Source: a virus
Lineage: Duplodnaviria > Caudoviricetes
Virus record (IMG/VR): IMGVR_UViG_3300044652_000032
Location: 1 to 64,000 of that record
Length of the DNA: 64,000 nucleotides
Reading direction: 5' to 3' (one strand)
How positions within the stretch are numbered: position 1 is the stretch's first letter; every line of letters begins with the position of its first letter. A program made the position numbers and the translations under genes. The notes under the pieces were generated by a model, which ran no database searches, was not told the origin of the DNA, and saw only the letters and a program-made list of their open reading frames with translations. Positions 55,531 through 64,000 of this stretch are shown here, in pieces.

Positions 55531-55884
55531 CGCTTCTTCCTCTTCAGGGTCGGCGTCGCCCAACGTCGGACGCCCCTCGATCAAGTCTTCGATCTGGAGG
55601 AAGACGGTCGTCTCCATCGTCGCACCCGCCACGTCCAGAGTGAACTTGGCGTCGTCAACGGTCAGCGCCAGTTCCTTCTTCTTACGCAGCGAGTGGTTGA
55701 GCAGTTTGAGCAGTCGGCCCTTCTTGCTCTTCTGCTCGCGAGTGTCGCCCTGTACGGTCGAGGCGTAAACGGCCCTCAGCACGTCGCCCACGGTGACGTA
55801 CACCTCCGTGCCGTCCTCCTTCTTCTCCTTGAGCCGAGGCGTCTCCTCAGCCGTGTAGATGGTTCGGTTCAAGTCAAGTTTCAT
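55504..55884 (-). CDS. Hypothetical protein
   Basis: AGGAG SD; convergent with tail spike. Confidence 0.6.
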   Translation of the reverse strand: MKLDLNRTIYTAEETPRLKEKKEDGTEVYVTVGDVLRAVYASTVQGDTREQKSKKGRLLKLLNHSLRKKKELALTVDDAKFTLDVAGATMETTVFLQIEDLIEGRPTLGDADPEEEEASTATEPTE

Positions 55885-55984
55885 CGTTGCGTTCTCCTGT
55901 TTTGTGCGGGAGTGATATACCGCTAAACGGCAGCGGCATCGCGTAGCCTATCTATCTCCTTAACGGTGTACGCTCGTTCCGGCA

Positions 55985-57352
55985 TTACCCCCTCCACATA
56001 TCCTCAAACTTAGTGAACTCTGCGAGCCACGTCAGTCGCACGGTGCCGCACGCCCCGTTGCGGTGCTTGGCCACTATGAAGTCCGCCGTCCCAGCGTTCT
56101 CCTCTGTCCGCTTGTACTGCTCCTCCCGGAAGATGAAGCAGACGACGTCCGCGTCTTGTTCCAATCCACCTGACTCCCTCAGATCGCTCAACTGCGGACG
56201 GTGATCGCTGCGGCCTTCGGACGCGCGGTTCATCTGCGAGAGCGCCAGCACCGGAACGCAGAACTCCTTGGCCACGGCCTTCAGGTCGCGGCTGACGGCG
56301 CTGACCTCCTGCTCGCGCGACGTGCCCCGTTGCGGCTTGACGTTGCCGAACAGCTGGACGTAGTCAACCACTATCAGGTCTAGACCGCCCAGCTCCCGCG
56401 CTATACGCCGCGCCTTGGCGCGCAGCTGCAGCGTGTTGATGCCCGGTTGGTCGTCTATACAGAGCGGCGCGTCCTCCACGCGACGGTACGCCTCCGTCAG
56501 CCGCTCCCACTCGTCCGGCCCCAAGTAGCCGCTGCGCATCTTGTAGGTGTCCACGTGCGCCTCGGCGCAGGCGGCGCGCATCGCCAGCGCCCGACGGCTC
56601 ATCTCCAGCGAGAAGAAGGCCACGCGCCGCCGCTCCACCACAGCCGCGTGCACCGCCGCGCCCAAGGCGAGTGCCGACTTTCCCATCCCCGGCCTCGCGG
56701 CGAGTATTATCAGGTCTTCGGGCTGCAACCCCAGCAGCAGAGTGTCCACGTCGCGCAGACCCGTGGCCACGCCCGTCACGGCTGCGGCACCGCGCTCGGC
56801 CCGCTCGGCGGTCTCGGCCAGCACGCCCTTGACCAAGCGGCCCAGCCGGTCGGACGTGCCCGCGCCCGCGCCGTCCGCCAGCGCAAAGACCATCCGGCTG
56901 TGGTCGTCCAGCACGGCGGCGGAGTCGTCCTCGTCCTCGAGGCAGGCGCTCGTCGTCTTCTGGCACGCCTTTATCAGCTCGCGCTTTTTGGCCTTGTCCA
57001 GTATCAACTTGGCGTAGGCCGCAAGGTTCGTGCGGTGCGGCAGGCCGTAGGTCAGTTCGCTGACGTAGGTGATGCCGCCGGTCTGCTCCAGCGCGCCCTC
57101 GCGCCGTAGCTCTTCGCCGAGGAGGATGGGGTTGATCTCGGAGCCGCGCTCGCAGAGTGCGGTCATCGCGCGAAAGACCGACTGGTGCGCGCGGGTGTAG
57201 AAGTCCTCGGGCGTGAGCAACTCCACGGCGTCGTTGACCAAGGCGTTGTCCAGTATGATGCTACCGAGCACGGCTCGTTCCGCCTCCGCCGCGTGCGGCA
57301 GCGCACGCTCGAGCATGGAGTCGCGTGTGTTGTCTTCGGGGTAGCGAGTCAT
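55985..57352 (-). CDS. dnaB: Replicative DNA helicase
   Basis: EAERAVLG, LIILAARPGMGKS, FFSLEM, VVDYVQL, LSQMNR, SDLRESG.LEQDAD, KHRNG. Confidence 0.97.
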   Translation of the reverse strand: MTRYPEDNTRDSMLERALPHAAEAERAVLGSIILDNALVNDAVELLTPEDFYTRAHQSVFRAMTALCERGSEINPILLGEELRREGALEQTGGITYVSELTYGLPHRTNLAAYAKLILDKAKKRELIKACQKTTSACLEDEDDSAAVLDDHSRMVFALADGAGAGTSDRLGRLVKGVLAETAERAERGAAAVTGVATGLRDVDTLLLGLQPEDLIILAARPGMGKSALALGAAVHAAVVERRRVAFFSLEMSRRALAMRAACAEAHVDTYKMRSGYLGPDEWERLTEAYRRVEDAPLCIDDQPGINTLQLRAKARRIARELGGLDLIVVDYVQLFGNVKPQRGTSREQEVSAVSRDLKAVAKEFCVPVLALSQMNRASEGRSDHRPQLSDLRESGGLEQDADVVCFIFREEQYKRTEENAGTADFIVAKHRNGACGTVRLTWLAEFTKFEDMWRG

Positions 57353-57353
57353 G

Positions 57354-57728
57354 CTAGCTCAGCACCTTGCCCGTCTCGATGATGTGGTTGATGTAGTCAG
57401 CAGCCGCTTGCGCCATGCCCGCGTGCGAGTGTTCCTTCTCGGCGGTTTTGTACGCCGAACTGTAAGGCTCAGGCCAGTCGCCGTTGGCGTCAAAGAGCAC
57501 CATTGCCTCGTCATTAGATAGTCCCAACAGTTCCTGCGCGTCGTACATACAGGAGTTGAACCTCGGATCCCTGCCCGTCCCGAAGAAGTAAGTCCATCCC
57601 GCTATGCAGGCACGGGTGCCGCACGGCACGGACTCCTCATACTCGCCTGTGGTCAACTGGTCGTAGCGGCGCGGCTCCTCCAGAATGTGGTCGCGCACTC
57701 GCGCCAGCAACTCCTTGTTAATCGCCAT
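57354..57728 (-). CDS. Hypothetical protein (paralogue of 59916-60398)
   Basis: ILEEPRR, PCGT.ACIAG, AQELLGL. Confidence 0.65.
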   Translation of the reverse strand: MAINKELLARVRDHILEEPRRYDQLTTGEYEESVPCGTRACIAGWTYFFGTGRDPRFNSCMYDAQELLGLSNDEAMVLFDANGDWPEPYSSAYKTAEKEHSHAGMAQAAADYINHIIETGKVLS

Positions 57729-58218
57729 CGGTTTTCTCCTTTTCGTTGATATTTCGCAGCAGGTCGGCCAACTGCTTGGCGGCATCCTGCAGTTGAAACA
57801 GGCAGCGACGCAGACGCTCGTTCTCCGCCTCCAGCTCGGCGTAGGTCTTCCACGCGCCGCCCTCCACGCAGCGCCGTTCCAGAAAGCGCTCGCAGTTCTT
57901 GAGCATCTCCGCCTTGCTGCCTACGGTCGCGTCGTGCGGGACGGGCAGCCCCGCCGCCACGTACAGCTCGACGTCGTCCATCCAACACCGGTCGTCGGCT
58001 CGCTGCTCGTAGTGCTTGCGGATGGCCGCCACAATGTGGTTGACCTGCCGAGCGGCGAGGTCGCACACAGGCAGCCCCATCTCCCCCACACGCTGATGCG
58101 GACAGTCTAAGTTCAGGTTCGCCTGCCCTACCTCCCAAGCCCTCTTGGCAAAGTGCTTGAGATTTACGTCATTCGGATTCGCGCCCGTCAGTCGCGTCCA
58201 CCATTCTTCGAACGTCAT
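57718..58218 (-). CDS. Hypothetical protein
   Basis: AIRKH..QRADDRCWMDD.ELY. Confidence 0.6.
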   Translation of the reverse strand: MTFEEWWTRLTGANPNDVNLKHFAKRAWEVGQANLNLDCPHQRVGEMGLPVCDLAARQVNHIVAAIRKHYEQRADDRCWMDDVELYVAAGLPVPHDATVGSKAEMLKNCERFLERRCVEGGAWKTYAELEAENERLRRCLFQLQDAAKQLADLLRNINEKEKTDGD

Positions 58219-58691
58219 CAGGCACCTCCGTCCATAAAGCCGAGCACGACGTCGCACGTGGGCTGTGCCGTCACGTCGCCCCGGCGTGCTATAAGTTCGT
58301 CCACGCAGCGGTCGTTAAAACCGAGCGCCGCAGCCAGTGCGTCCTGTAGCGGCTTGATTCCGCCGTCAACGTCGCGCTGCGCGCTCATATGCCAAGTGAC
58401 GTGCAGGTAGAGGCGCTGGCCCTCAGTGTAGTACCACGCCTGCTTGCGCGCCTCCAGCGTGACGGCCATCGTAGCCGACTGTTTCCAGCGCCGCGCCTCC
58501 TCCGTCAGCACGCGCCCCTTGCCCGCCACGTTCGCGTACATCTGGTTGACGCCCACGGGGCACGGCAGCGTCAGCACGAGCCGAGGCGCGGACGGGGCGC
58601 AGCCCGCCAAGGTGCGTCCCTCCGCCTGCGCCGTGCCCACCCCTCGGCGGCGCAGGAACTCTTGGTACTGCTGCTCGGTCCAGCGCGTCAT
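58218..58691 (-). CDS. RusA-like Holliday junction resolvase
   Basis: LP.P..VN..Y, RDVDGGIKPLQDAL, NDRCV. Confidence 0.75.
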   Translation of the reverse strand: MTRWTEQQYQEFLRRRGVGTAQAEGRTLAGCAPSAPRLVLTLPCPVGVNQMYANVAGKGRVLTEEARRWKQSATMAVTLEARKQAWYYTEGQRLYLHVTWHMSAQRDVDGGIKPLQDALAAALGFNDRCVDELIARRGDVTAQPTCDVVLGFMDGGA

Positions 58692-58888
58692 CGGCAAGCG
58701 TACCCCAGCCAGCCGTTGAAGAATCCGCCCCACCACAGCAGCGCTACGCTTATTAGGGACGTTAACAACGCCAGCCAGAAGTTATCCTTGCCCGTCTTGG
58801 GCTTGCCGTGGTCGTGTGCATACAGTAACAGGCTGACGAGGTTCAGCAGCACAACTATCGTCTGCGGCATCCATTCGCTTATTCGCAT
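58688..58888 (-). CDS. Small membrane protein
   Basis: PQ.I...HGKP....NFW...LLWWGGFF. Confidence 0.6.
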   Translation of the reverse strand: MRISEWMPQTIVVLLNLVSLLLYAHDHGKPKTGKDNFWLALLTSLISVALLWWGGFFNGWLGYACR

Positions 58889-59098
58889 CAGTCCCCCTCC
58901 GGCGCGGGGTGCGCCTCACGGTGTGCAGGTGGTGACTGCCGCAGAACCTGCAGTGGTACGGCTCCATCAGCGTGAGGCCGTCGCTCTCCTCCTCTATCTG
59001 CCGTGCGCGGAACAGCGCGGCCTGCCGCGAGCGGAAGCGCGCCTTGCGCCCGCACGACCGCTCCTCCACCCTCGTCTGGGCCTCGCGGCGGTGCGGCC

Positions 59099-59299
59099 TC
59101 ATCGCAGTCCTCCGCAGGCCAAAAAGAGCGTGACGGAAACCACGGCCACGAGCACGAAGAGCGCGGCGACGGCGGCCTCGTGCCGCGAACGGCGCTCGCG
59201 CTCGAGGTAGAAGTGGTACTCCGAGGGCTGAGGGTAGTAGCGGGGCGCGGTGCTCTCGCGGTACTTGTACCCGTACTCGTCGTTGTATCCGGTTTTCAT
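59099..59299 (-). CDS. Small membrane protein
   Basis: GGAGG SD, C-terminal TM helix. Confidence 0.5.
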   Translation of the reverse strand: MKTGYNDEYGYKYRESTAPRYYPQPSEYHFYLERERRSRHEAAVAALFVLVAVVSVTLFLACGGLR

Positions 59300-59311
59300 C
59301 CCTGTTCCTCC

Positions 59312-59911
59312 TTAGAAGACCGTCTCCTCGGTCACGTTCTTGGGCAGCGCCTTCAGGTGGTCTATGAAGCCGGAGGCCGCGCGCTTGCTCAACTCCTCGG
59401 TGCGGATCTGATTGACGAGGATGCACTCCTCGTCGGCGTCCACGCCTGCCTCGCGTGCCAGCGCACGTATCATACCCAGCTGCTTGGGCGTTACGAGGTC
59501 GGCCATAGATTGCGCCTGCACGTTCTGCGGCGACGAGGGCTGCTGGGGCGGAGCGACGTGCCCCGCGTACTCGGCCTTGGCCGCGCTGCGCACCACCTCC
59601 TCCCGCGAGGCTATCCCGCGCGTGGTCTCGAAGCCCAGCAGCGCCAGCGCGCGGCCCACCGCCGACGTCTCGCACACCTCGACGTAGCTGCCCTGCTGAA
59701 CGTGCCCCGCGCTCCGTAGCTCGTAGGCGTGGCCCGTGCTGGCGGGCAGAGCGTCGTCCTTCTGGCGGTAGGCCTCGGCCCTCACGAGCACGAAGCCTGT
59801 CTCCGCGTCGTGCTCCACAATGGCCGTGAGCAGCCGCCCTTCGGGGAACTTCTGGTAGAACTTCTCTACACGCTCCGCCACCGTAACGTACTCGTCCGGA
59901 TTGAACCTCAT
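59312..59911 (-). CDS. Rad52/Sak-like single-strand annealing protein
   Basis: YVTVAERV..F, STGHA.E, ETSAVGRAL..LGF, IASREE; C-terminal T.KQ...I...AS..ID.L. Confidence 0.65.
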   Translation of the reverse strand: MRFNPDEYVTVAERVEKFYQKFPEGRLLTAIVEHDAETGFVLVRAEAYRQKDDALPASTGHAYELRSAGHVQQGSYVEVCETSAVGRALALLGFETTRGIASREEVVRSAAKAEYAGHVAPPQQPSSPQNVQAQSMADLVTPKQLGMIRALAREAGVDADEECILVNQIRTEELSKRAASGFIDHLKALPKNVTEETVF

Positions 59912-59915
59912 GCTT

Positions 59916-60398
59916 CTACTCCTTGCCCTTGGTGCGGATAAAGTGCTCGATGCGCCGGGCCGTGGCCTGCGCGCGCTGGCGGGGCGTCTTGGCGCGGTAG
60001 TAAGCCTCGGCGAACTGGTCGGGCCAGCCCACCTGCGGGCTGAAAATGTCCCACCCCTTGAAGTAAAAGAGGCGGTGCGCCTCGGTCTCCGTCAGGCCGA
60101 GCAGACGCTGCGCCTCGCCGTGTGCCGCGTTGTTGATGCGATGGACGACCGTGCGCGTGAACCGCTTGCGGAAGATGCCGCGCTCGCGCTCGTCGGCGAG
60201 GATGGTGTGCCCGGCCACGCACATCACTGCGCCGCACGGCGGACGCTCCTCCAGCGTGGGCTGGTGGCTCTCGTGACGGCTGACGTACTGCTCGGGACGA
60301 TCTTCCTTGGTGAACATCGCGGCGAAGTGCGCCATGTTCAACCGGCGCGGCTCCTCCAGTATCATGCGCTTTACGGCGCGCAACAGTTTCACGTTCAT
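59916..60398 (-). CDS. Hypothetical protein (paralogue of 57354-57728)
   Basis: ILEEPRR, PCGAVMCVAG, AQRLLGL. Confidence 0.65.
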   Translation of the reverse strand: MNVKLLRAVKRMILEEPRRLNMAHFAAMFTKEDRPEQYVSRHESHQPTLEERPPCGAVMCVAGHTILADERERGIFRKRFTRTVVHRINNAAHGEAQRLLGLTETEAHRLFYFKGWDIFSPQVGWPDQFAEAYYRAKTPRQRAQATARRIEHFIRTKGKE

Positions 60399-60898
60399 CA
60401 GACGGTTCCTCCTTCTAGTATGTAGTACCCATACACAGCCCTATCGCTTACGTGGTCAACAACGGCGCGACCGTCCGGGCCTGCCTTCATGTACGCCGTC
60501 CGGCGCTGCGGGTCGTACGTATCGTGGATCGTGCCGTCAATAACGGCGGTGTAGTGCTTGCTCACCTGCACGACCAGTCGTCCGTCGGGCAACTCGCCGT
60601 CCGCGAGGTGCACGCGCGTGCCCGTGCCTATCGCCATCGTGGGCACCCAGCGGAAGCCCAGCTCGCGCATGTAGTCCTTGAACCACTTGCGCCCGACGCA
60701 GATGCCGCTGCGGGCCGTACGACCGCGCTTGGGCGTGCGCGCGGTGGCGCGCTGCGCGGCGTTGCCCTCGGCCAGACGGACGTAAACCTCGCGGTACGGT
60801 CGGCCCGATGCTATTGCGACGGCCCGCGCCACGCAGTCGCCCGTGTGCCCACGGAAGCCCGCCTCGGCGCGTCCGCCGTCGTCGTATATCCAATTCAT
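60398..60898 (-). CDS. Hypothetical protein, possible papain-like fold
   Basis: DGGR..AG, GDCVARAVAIA, H..AVIDG..HDTYD. Confidence 0.65.
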   Translation of the reverse strand: MNWIYDDGGRAEAGFRGHTGDCVARAVAIASGRPYREVYVRLAEGNAAQRATARTPKRGRTARSGICVGRKWFKDYMRELGFRWVPTMAIGTGTRVHLADGELPDGRLVVQVSKHYTAVIDGTIHDTYDPQRRTAYMKAGPDGRAVVDHVSDRAVYGYYILEGGTV

Positions 60899-60967
60899 TA
60901 GGTAACATCCTCCTTCTTAGTTGATGAGAGGGGCTGGCTCGTCGGCCCCTCTGTCCCGTTGACTGTG

Positions 60968-62140
60968 TTAGACGGTGACGGCCTCGGTCTTGAGCGACGA
61001 CGGCACCAGCTCCCCGGCCAGCCTGTCCAGCGCCATGCGCTCGTCTGCGGGTTTGCGCTGCGCCACCCACGACACGGCGTTGCTCAGCCGGTAGCGGGTG
61101 TTGCCGGGCGGGAGCATCTCGACGTCGGGCGACCGGAACGCGGAGGCCACCTCCTCGGTCAGTTCCTTGCTCAGCTTGCGCCGCAGCAGTTCGACGGCCT
61201 TGTCCGGATCCAGCTTGGCGGCGTGCGCCGCGCGGATGTCCTCCATCATCTGGTTGACGGGCGCGGGGCCGAGTGCCGCCCGCACGACGTCGCCCAAGGC
61301 CGAGGCGTTGGCCGCGTTGTCCAGCCGGACGGTCTCGGTGCTCATCTCGACGTTGTCGGGCAGCCGTGCGCCGAGGTGCACTTGGCGCAGCACCTCGTCG
61401 CGGATGGCCGTGTTCGTGCACCACACGCGCATGAAGAAGACCGAGACGGTGTGCCCGCCGTCGCCGAAGTCCGACGTGCCCCACTGCAGTCCGGGGAGTA
61501 TGACCTCGTTCGGCACGGGTTCGAACACGCGCGGGAGCACGGCGCGGATGCGCACCTTGGTGTCCAGCGCCCAGCCCTCCACCGGCACGAGTCCGACGTC
61601 CTGCGCGGCGGACGCAAAAGCCTCGACCATCAGCCGCGAGTCTATGCGCCGATACTTGTCACTGACTATGCCTCGCGCCTCGTCCGTCACGGCGCGCACG
61701 AGGTAGCGGCGCGCCGTCTGGTGCGCCATCAGTCGGTTCAGGTTGGTGGCCAGCAGGTCGAGGCCGTCCGCGCCGTGCGACTCCATCAGGCGGATGAACT
61801 GTCCGGCGTGCGGGATGCCCGTCCAACTGGCCGCCCCGCGCAGAGCGTGCTCGTGCAGACGGAGGCTGCGCCCGTCCTCCACGTCCAGAACCACGCGGGC
61901 GCGGTTGACGGCCTCGGCGGTGGCCGGGCCTTCCACGACCTCGGGCACCAGCGGCTCGGCGCGGAAGCGCATGGCCGGGGCGCGGACTATGCGGTCGGTG
62001 ATGATGGTGTCCTCGATCTGGCGGATGACTTCGGCGGCGCGCTCCTGCCCACGGTGGATGATCTCCTCCATCTTGACGCGCCCTGCCTGTGCCGCCTCAC
62101 TGGCGGCGGTCTCATAGTCTCTGTCGTCGTGATGAATCAT
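60968..62140 (-). CDS. DUF932-like phage protein
   Basis: RGIVSDKYRRID, SDFG.G, RVWCTN. Confidence 0.65.
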   Translation of the reverse strand: MIHHDDRDYETAASEAAQAGRVKMEEIIHRGQERAAEVIRQIEDTIITDRIVRAPAMRFRAEPLVPEVVEGPATAEAVNRARVVLDVEDGRSLRLHEHALRGAASWTGIPHAGQFIRLMESHGADGLDLLATNLNRLMAHQTARRYLVRAVTDEARGIVSDKYRRIDSRLMVEAFASAAQDVGLVPVEGWALDTKVRIRAVLPRVFEPVPNEVILPGLQWGTSDFGDGGHTVSVFFMRVWCTNTAIRDEVLRQVHLGARLPDNVEMSTETVRLDNAANASALGDVVRAALGPAPVNQMMEDIRAAHAAKLDPDKAVELLRRKLSKELTEEVASAFRSPDVEMLPPGNTRYRLSNAVSWVAQRKPADERMALDRLAGELVPSSLKTEAVTV

Positions 62141-62416
62141 TAGGTGTCTCTCCTTTCAAGAGAAGGGTTCGTAGCCGGTTGAAGGTTTTAGAGAACGCCG
62201 TAAAACTCGGCCAATCTCTGGTTGAGACGTGTTTGCTCCCGTAGATTCAGCAGCGCGGCCCACTCTTCCGCGTGCTGGACATAAACATACGTCCCGTCAA
62301 GAAGTTCCCCGTAGTGTTGTCTATAACCCGGTAACCGCACTTGAACACCACTGTGTAGCGGACGAAATCTTTTTTCTGCTCAGTCATCTTCGTTCTCCTT
62401 TCTAACCAACACGGAT

Positions 62417-62480
62417 ACTATACAACATCTTCTCATAAAAAACAAGTCTTTTTTATAAAATAGTAGAAATTATTTTTAGC
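62417..62480 (-). promoter_or_regulatory. Strong early leftward promoter with UP element
   Basis: On the - strand TTGTTT (62445-40), 17 nt, TATAGT (62422-17), preceded by an AT-rich tract. Confidence 0.65.
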
Positions 62481-62808
62481 AGGGCTAACACGTTCAAAAC
62501 AAAGACGTTACTTTGTTAGCACGGTCAACCCTCCTTCCAGCGCAGTCCTTTTTATCCACCTTGACCACTGGGCCGCGCATCCCACCCGGACAAGCGCAGT
62601 CCCCGGCCTGCTCCAGCACGGCGGCGCTCACCTGCTCGGCCAGTGCCATCTCGGCCTCCGGTGTGCTCTGCCTCCGCTCACGCGGCTCCTGCTGCGCCTT
62701 GCTCTTGCCCATCAGCGTAGTCCTCCGTTCAATAGAATTAGCAGAGCGAAGAAGGCTACGATTGCGAGCAGTCCCGCCGCCCCTCCGGCTACGAACGCTC
62801 CTACGATC

Positions 62809-63078
62809 TTAACTGCGTTCTTCACGGTTAACCTCCCTCAGCCTTCGTATCAGCCTTACAAGGTCGTGACGGTTGACCTCGATGGCTCCGAGTCTCACGG
62901 CCAGCGCCCGCTTGCTCTGGCAGATGTCGTAGTGCGACGTGCCGTGCTGTTGGAAGTGACGGCGATCCACACCGACGGCGAAGGCCATAGCGTGCAACTC
63001 CTCCTCGGTGTCGGCCAGCATGTGCGACATCAGCATCCGCCCCAGCGGGTTGCGCGCTCCGTCCACGTACACGGCCAT
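62809..63078 (-). CDS. DUF4031-like protein
   Basis: VYVD...SHMLADT.EELHAMA..VG...FQ...HYDI....RA.A...GA. Confidence 0.8.
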   Translation of the reverse strand: MAVYVDGARNPLGRMLMSHMLADTEEELHAMAFAVGVDRRHFQQHGTSHYDICQSKRALAVRLGAIEVNRHDLVRLIRRLREVNREERS

Positions 63079-63299
63079 CACTCGTCCTCCGTACCACCCA
63101 CGATGTCCGCCACACCCCACTTGCCCGGAGCGCACTGGTGGACGTCGTGGTCGTCGAGGATGATTCCCCAGTCACGTGGCTGGCTCATGAAGTCGAACAC
63201 AGCACACTGGACAGCCAGCAGCACGTCCGGCGCGTGGGCGCGGACGTAGGTAACGCCGCAAGAGCGACAGCGGTAATAAATGTCTCCACCTTTAGGCAT
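63078..63299 (-). CDS. Hypothetical zinc-binding protein
   Basis: YRCRSC...HQC...GVADIVG. Confidence 0.5.
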   Translation of the reverse strand: MPKGGDIYYRCRSCGVTYVRAHAPDVLLAVQCAVFDFMSQPRDWGIILDDHDVHQCAPGKWGVADIVGGTEDE

Positions 63300-63540
63300 T
63301 GTCTTCTTCCCACTTGTAAACACGGATGGCCGTGTACGTGTTCTGACGCACGGTGCGACCGCACGCGCCGATAATCTGCCGCGTCACCTTCAGGCTCATG
63401 AGGGCGCGGCGCACCTCCTCGCGACTCGTGCCCGCCCACTCCGAGGGCAAACGGTCGCGCACATCTCGCTCCGTCAGGCGTGCGCCGTTAGCCGCGTTGA
63501 CCGCCAGCAGACACGCCTGTTCAAGTTCTAGGTTTCTCAT
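63292..63540 (-). CDS. Hypothetical protein, possible winged helix
   Basis: LTERDV...EVRRALMSL. Confidence 0.45.
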   Translation of the reverse strand: MRNLELEQACLLAVNAANGARLTERDVRDRLPSEWAGTSREEVRRALMSLKVTRQIIGACGRTVRQNTYTAIRVYKWEEDNA

Positions 63541-63886
63541 ACAGCAACGTCTTCGGGTACAGCGACAACAGCCGACGAGCTACGGGCATCAACCTTTGCA
63601 TTGCGTCATAGGGTACAGCGGGGTAAGCGGCCTGCCGCCGCGTCTCTTCCTCGTCGTGAAACATGCCGTACTCGCTGATGAAGAGATAGGTAGCAATTTG
63701 GGAGGCTGTTTTGCCTCCCACTATCATGCGGATGACCTCGCGCTCGTAGGTCTCGTACTCGTCCTCGGGCAGCCCCTCCGTGCCGATGGGATCCCAGTCC
63801 TCCCACAGTATGCGGTGCGCTGCCGCGAGCACGGGATCTTCCGCGTACATTTGCTTGATGTCTTCCGCCGTCCTTCGCTTCGCCAT
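63521..63886 (-). CDS. Hypothetical protein
   Basis: LWEDWDPIG..P.DEYE.Y. Confidence 0.6.
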   Translation of the reverse strand: MAKRRTAEDIKQMYAEDPVLAAAHRILWEDWDPIGTEGLPEDEYETYEREVIRMIVGGKTASQIATYLFISEYGMFHDEEETRRQAAYPAVPYDAMQRLMPVARRLLSLYPKTLLYEKPRT

Positions 63887-64000
63887 TACTACGCCCTCAT
63901 TACTACACCCTCGCCAGCAGGCCGTCCAAATACAGCCACATAGACCAAACGCGACTGTGGAAGTTCGACACGGTTAGGCTAGCCGCGTACAGCGTCTCAC

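Noticed and set aside
1-64000. Integrase, repressor, att sites or host flanking genes
   Set aside because: None recognised; lifestyle cannot be determined because the junction between the two divergent arms lies outside the window

Overview
The window is most of a GC-rich tailed-phage genome with an HK97-type head and a long non-contractile tail; no integrase, DNA polymerase or CRISPR array was recognised. The + strand (1-55.5 kb) runs: replication initiator with iterons and a DnaC-like loader; early accessory genes (CspA, GroES-like); a Ro60/TROVE locus; lysis genes; TerS and TerL; portal; MuF; prohead protease; capsid; tail. The - strand (55.5-64 kb) carries DnaB, a RusA-like resolvase, a Rad52-like annealing protein and small early genes. 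Two candidate systems stand out. (1) A promoter and boxA-like site precede three tandem Y-RNA-like RNAs (about 5013-5402). They share one conserved stem/internal-loop scaffold, but each displays a different part of a tRNA, and they sit directly upstream of an HNH nuclease and a Ro60-like protein. (2) A modular capsid-cargo architecture (21.4-35.4 kb): ADP-ribosyltransferase, 2H phosphoesterase, ParB-like and unknown domains follow putative K|S/A/G prohead-protease sites and recurrent signature peptides (PDQPRDDHGRW, HWVT..G.HV), some preceded by a shared basic helix. All calls come from motif recognition by eye; no database searches were run.
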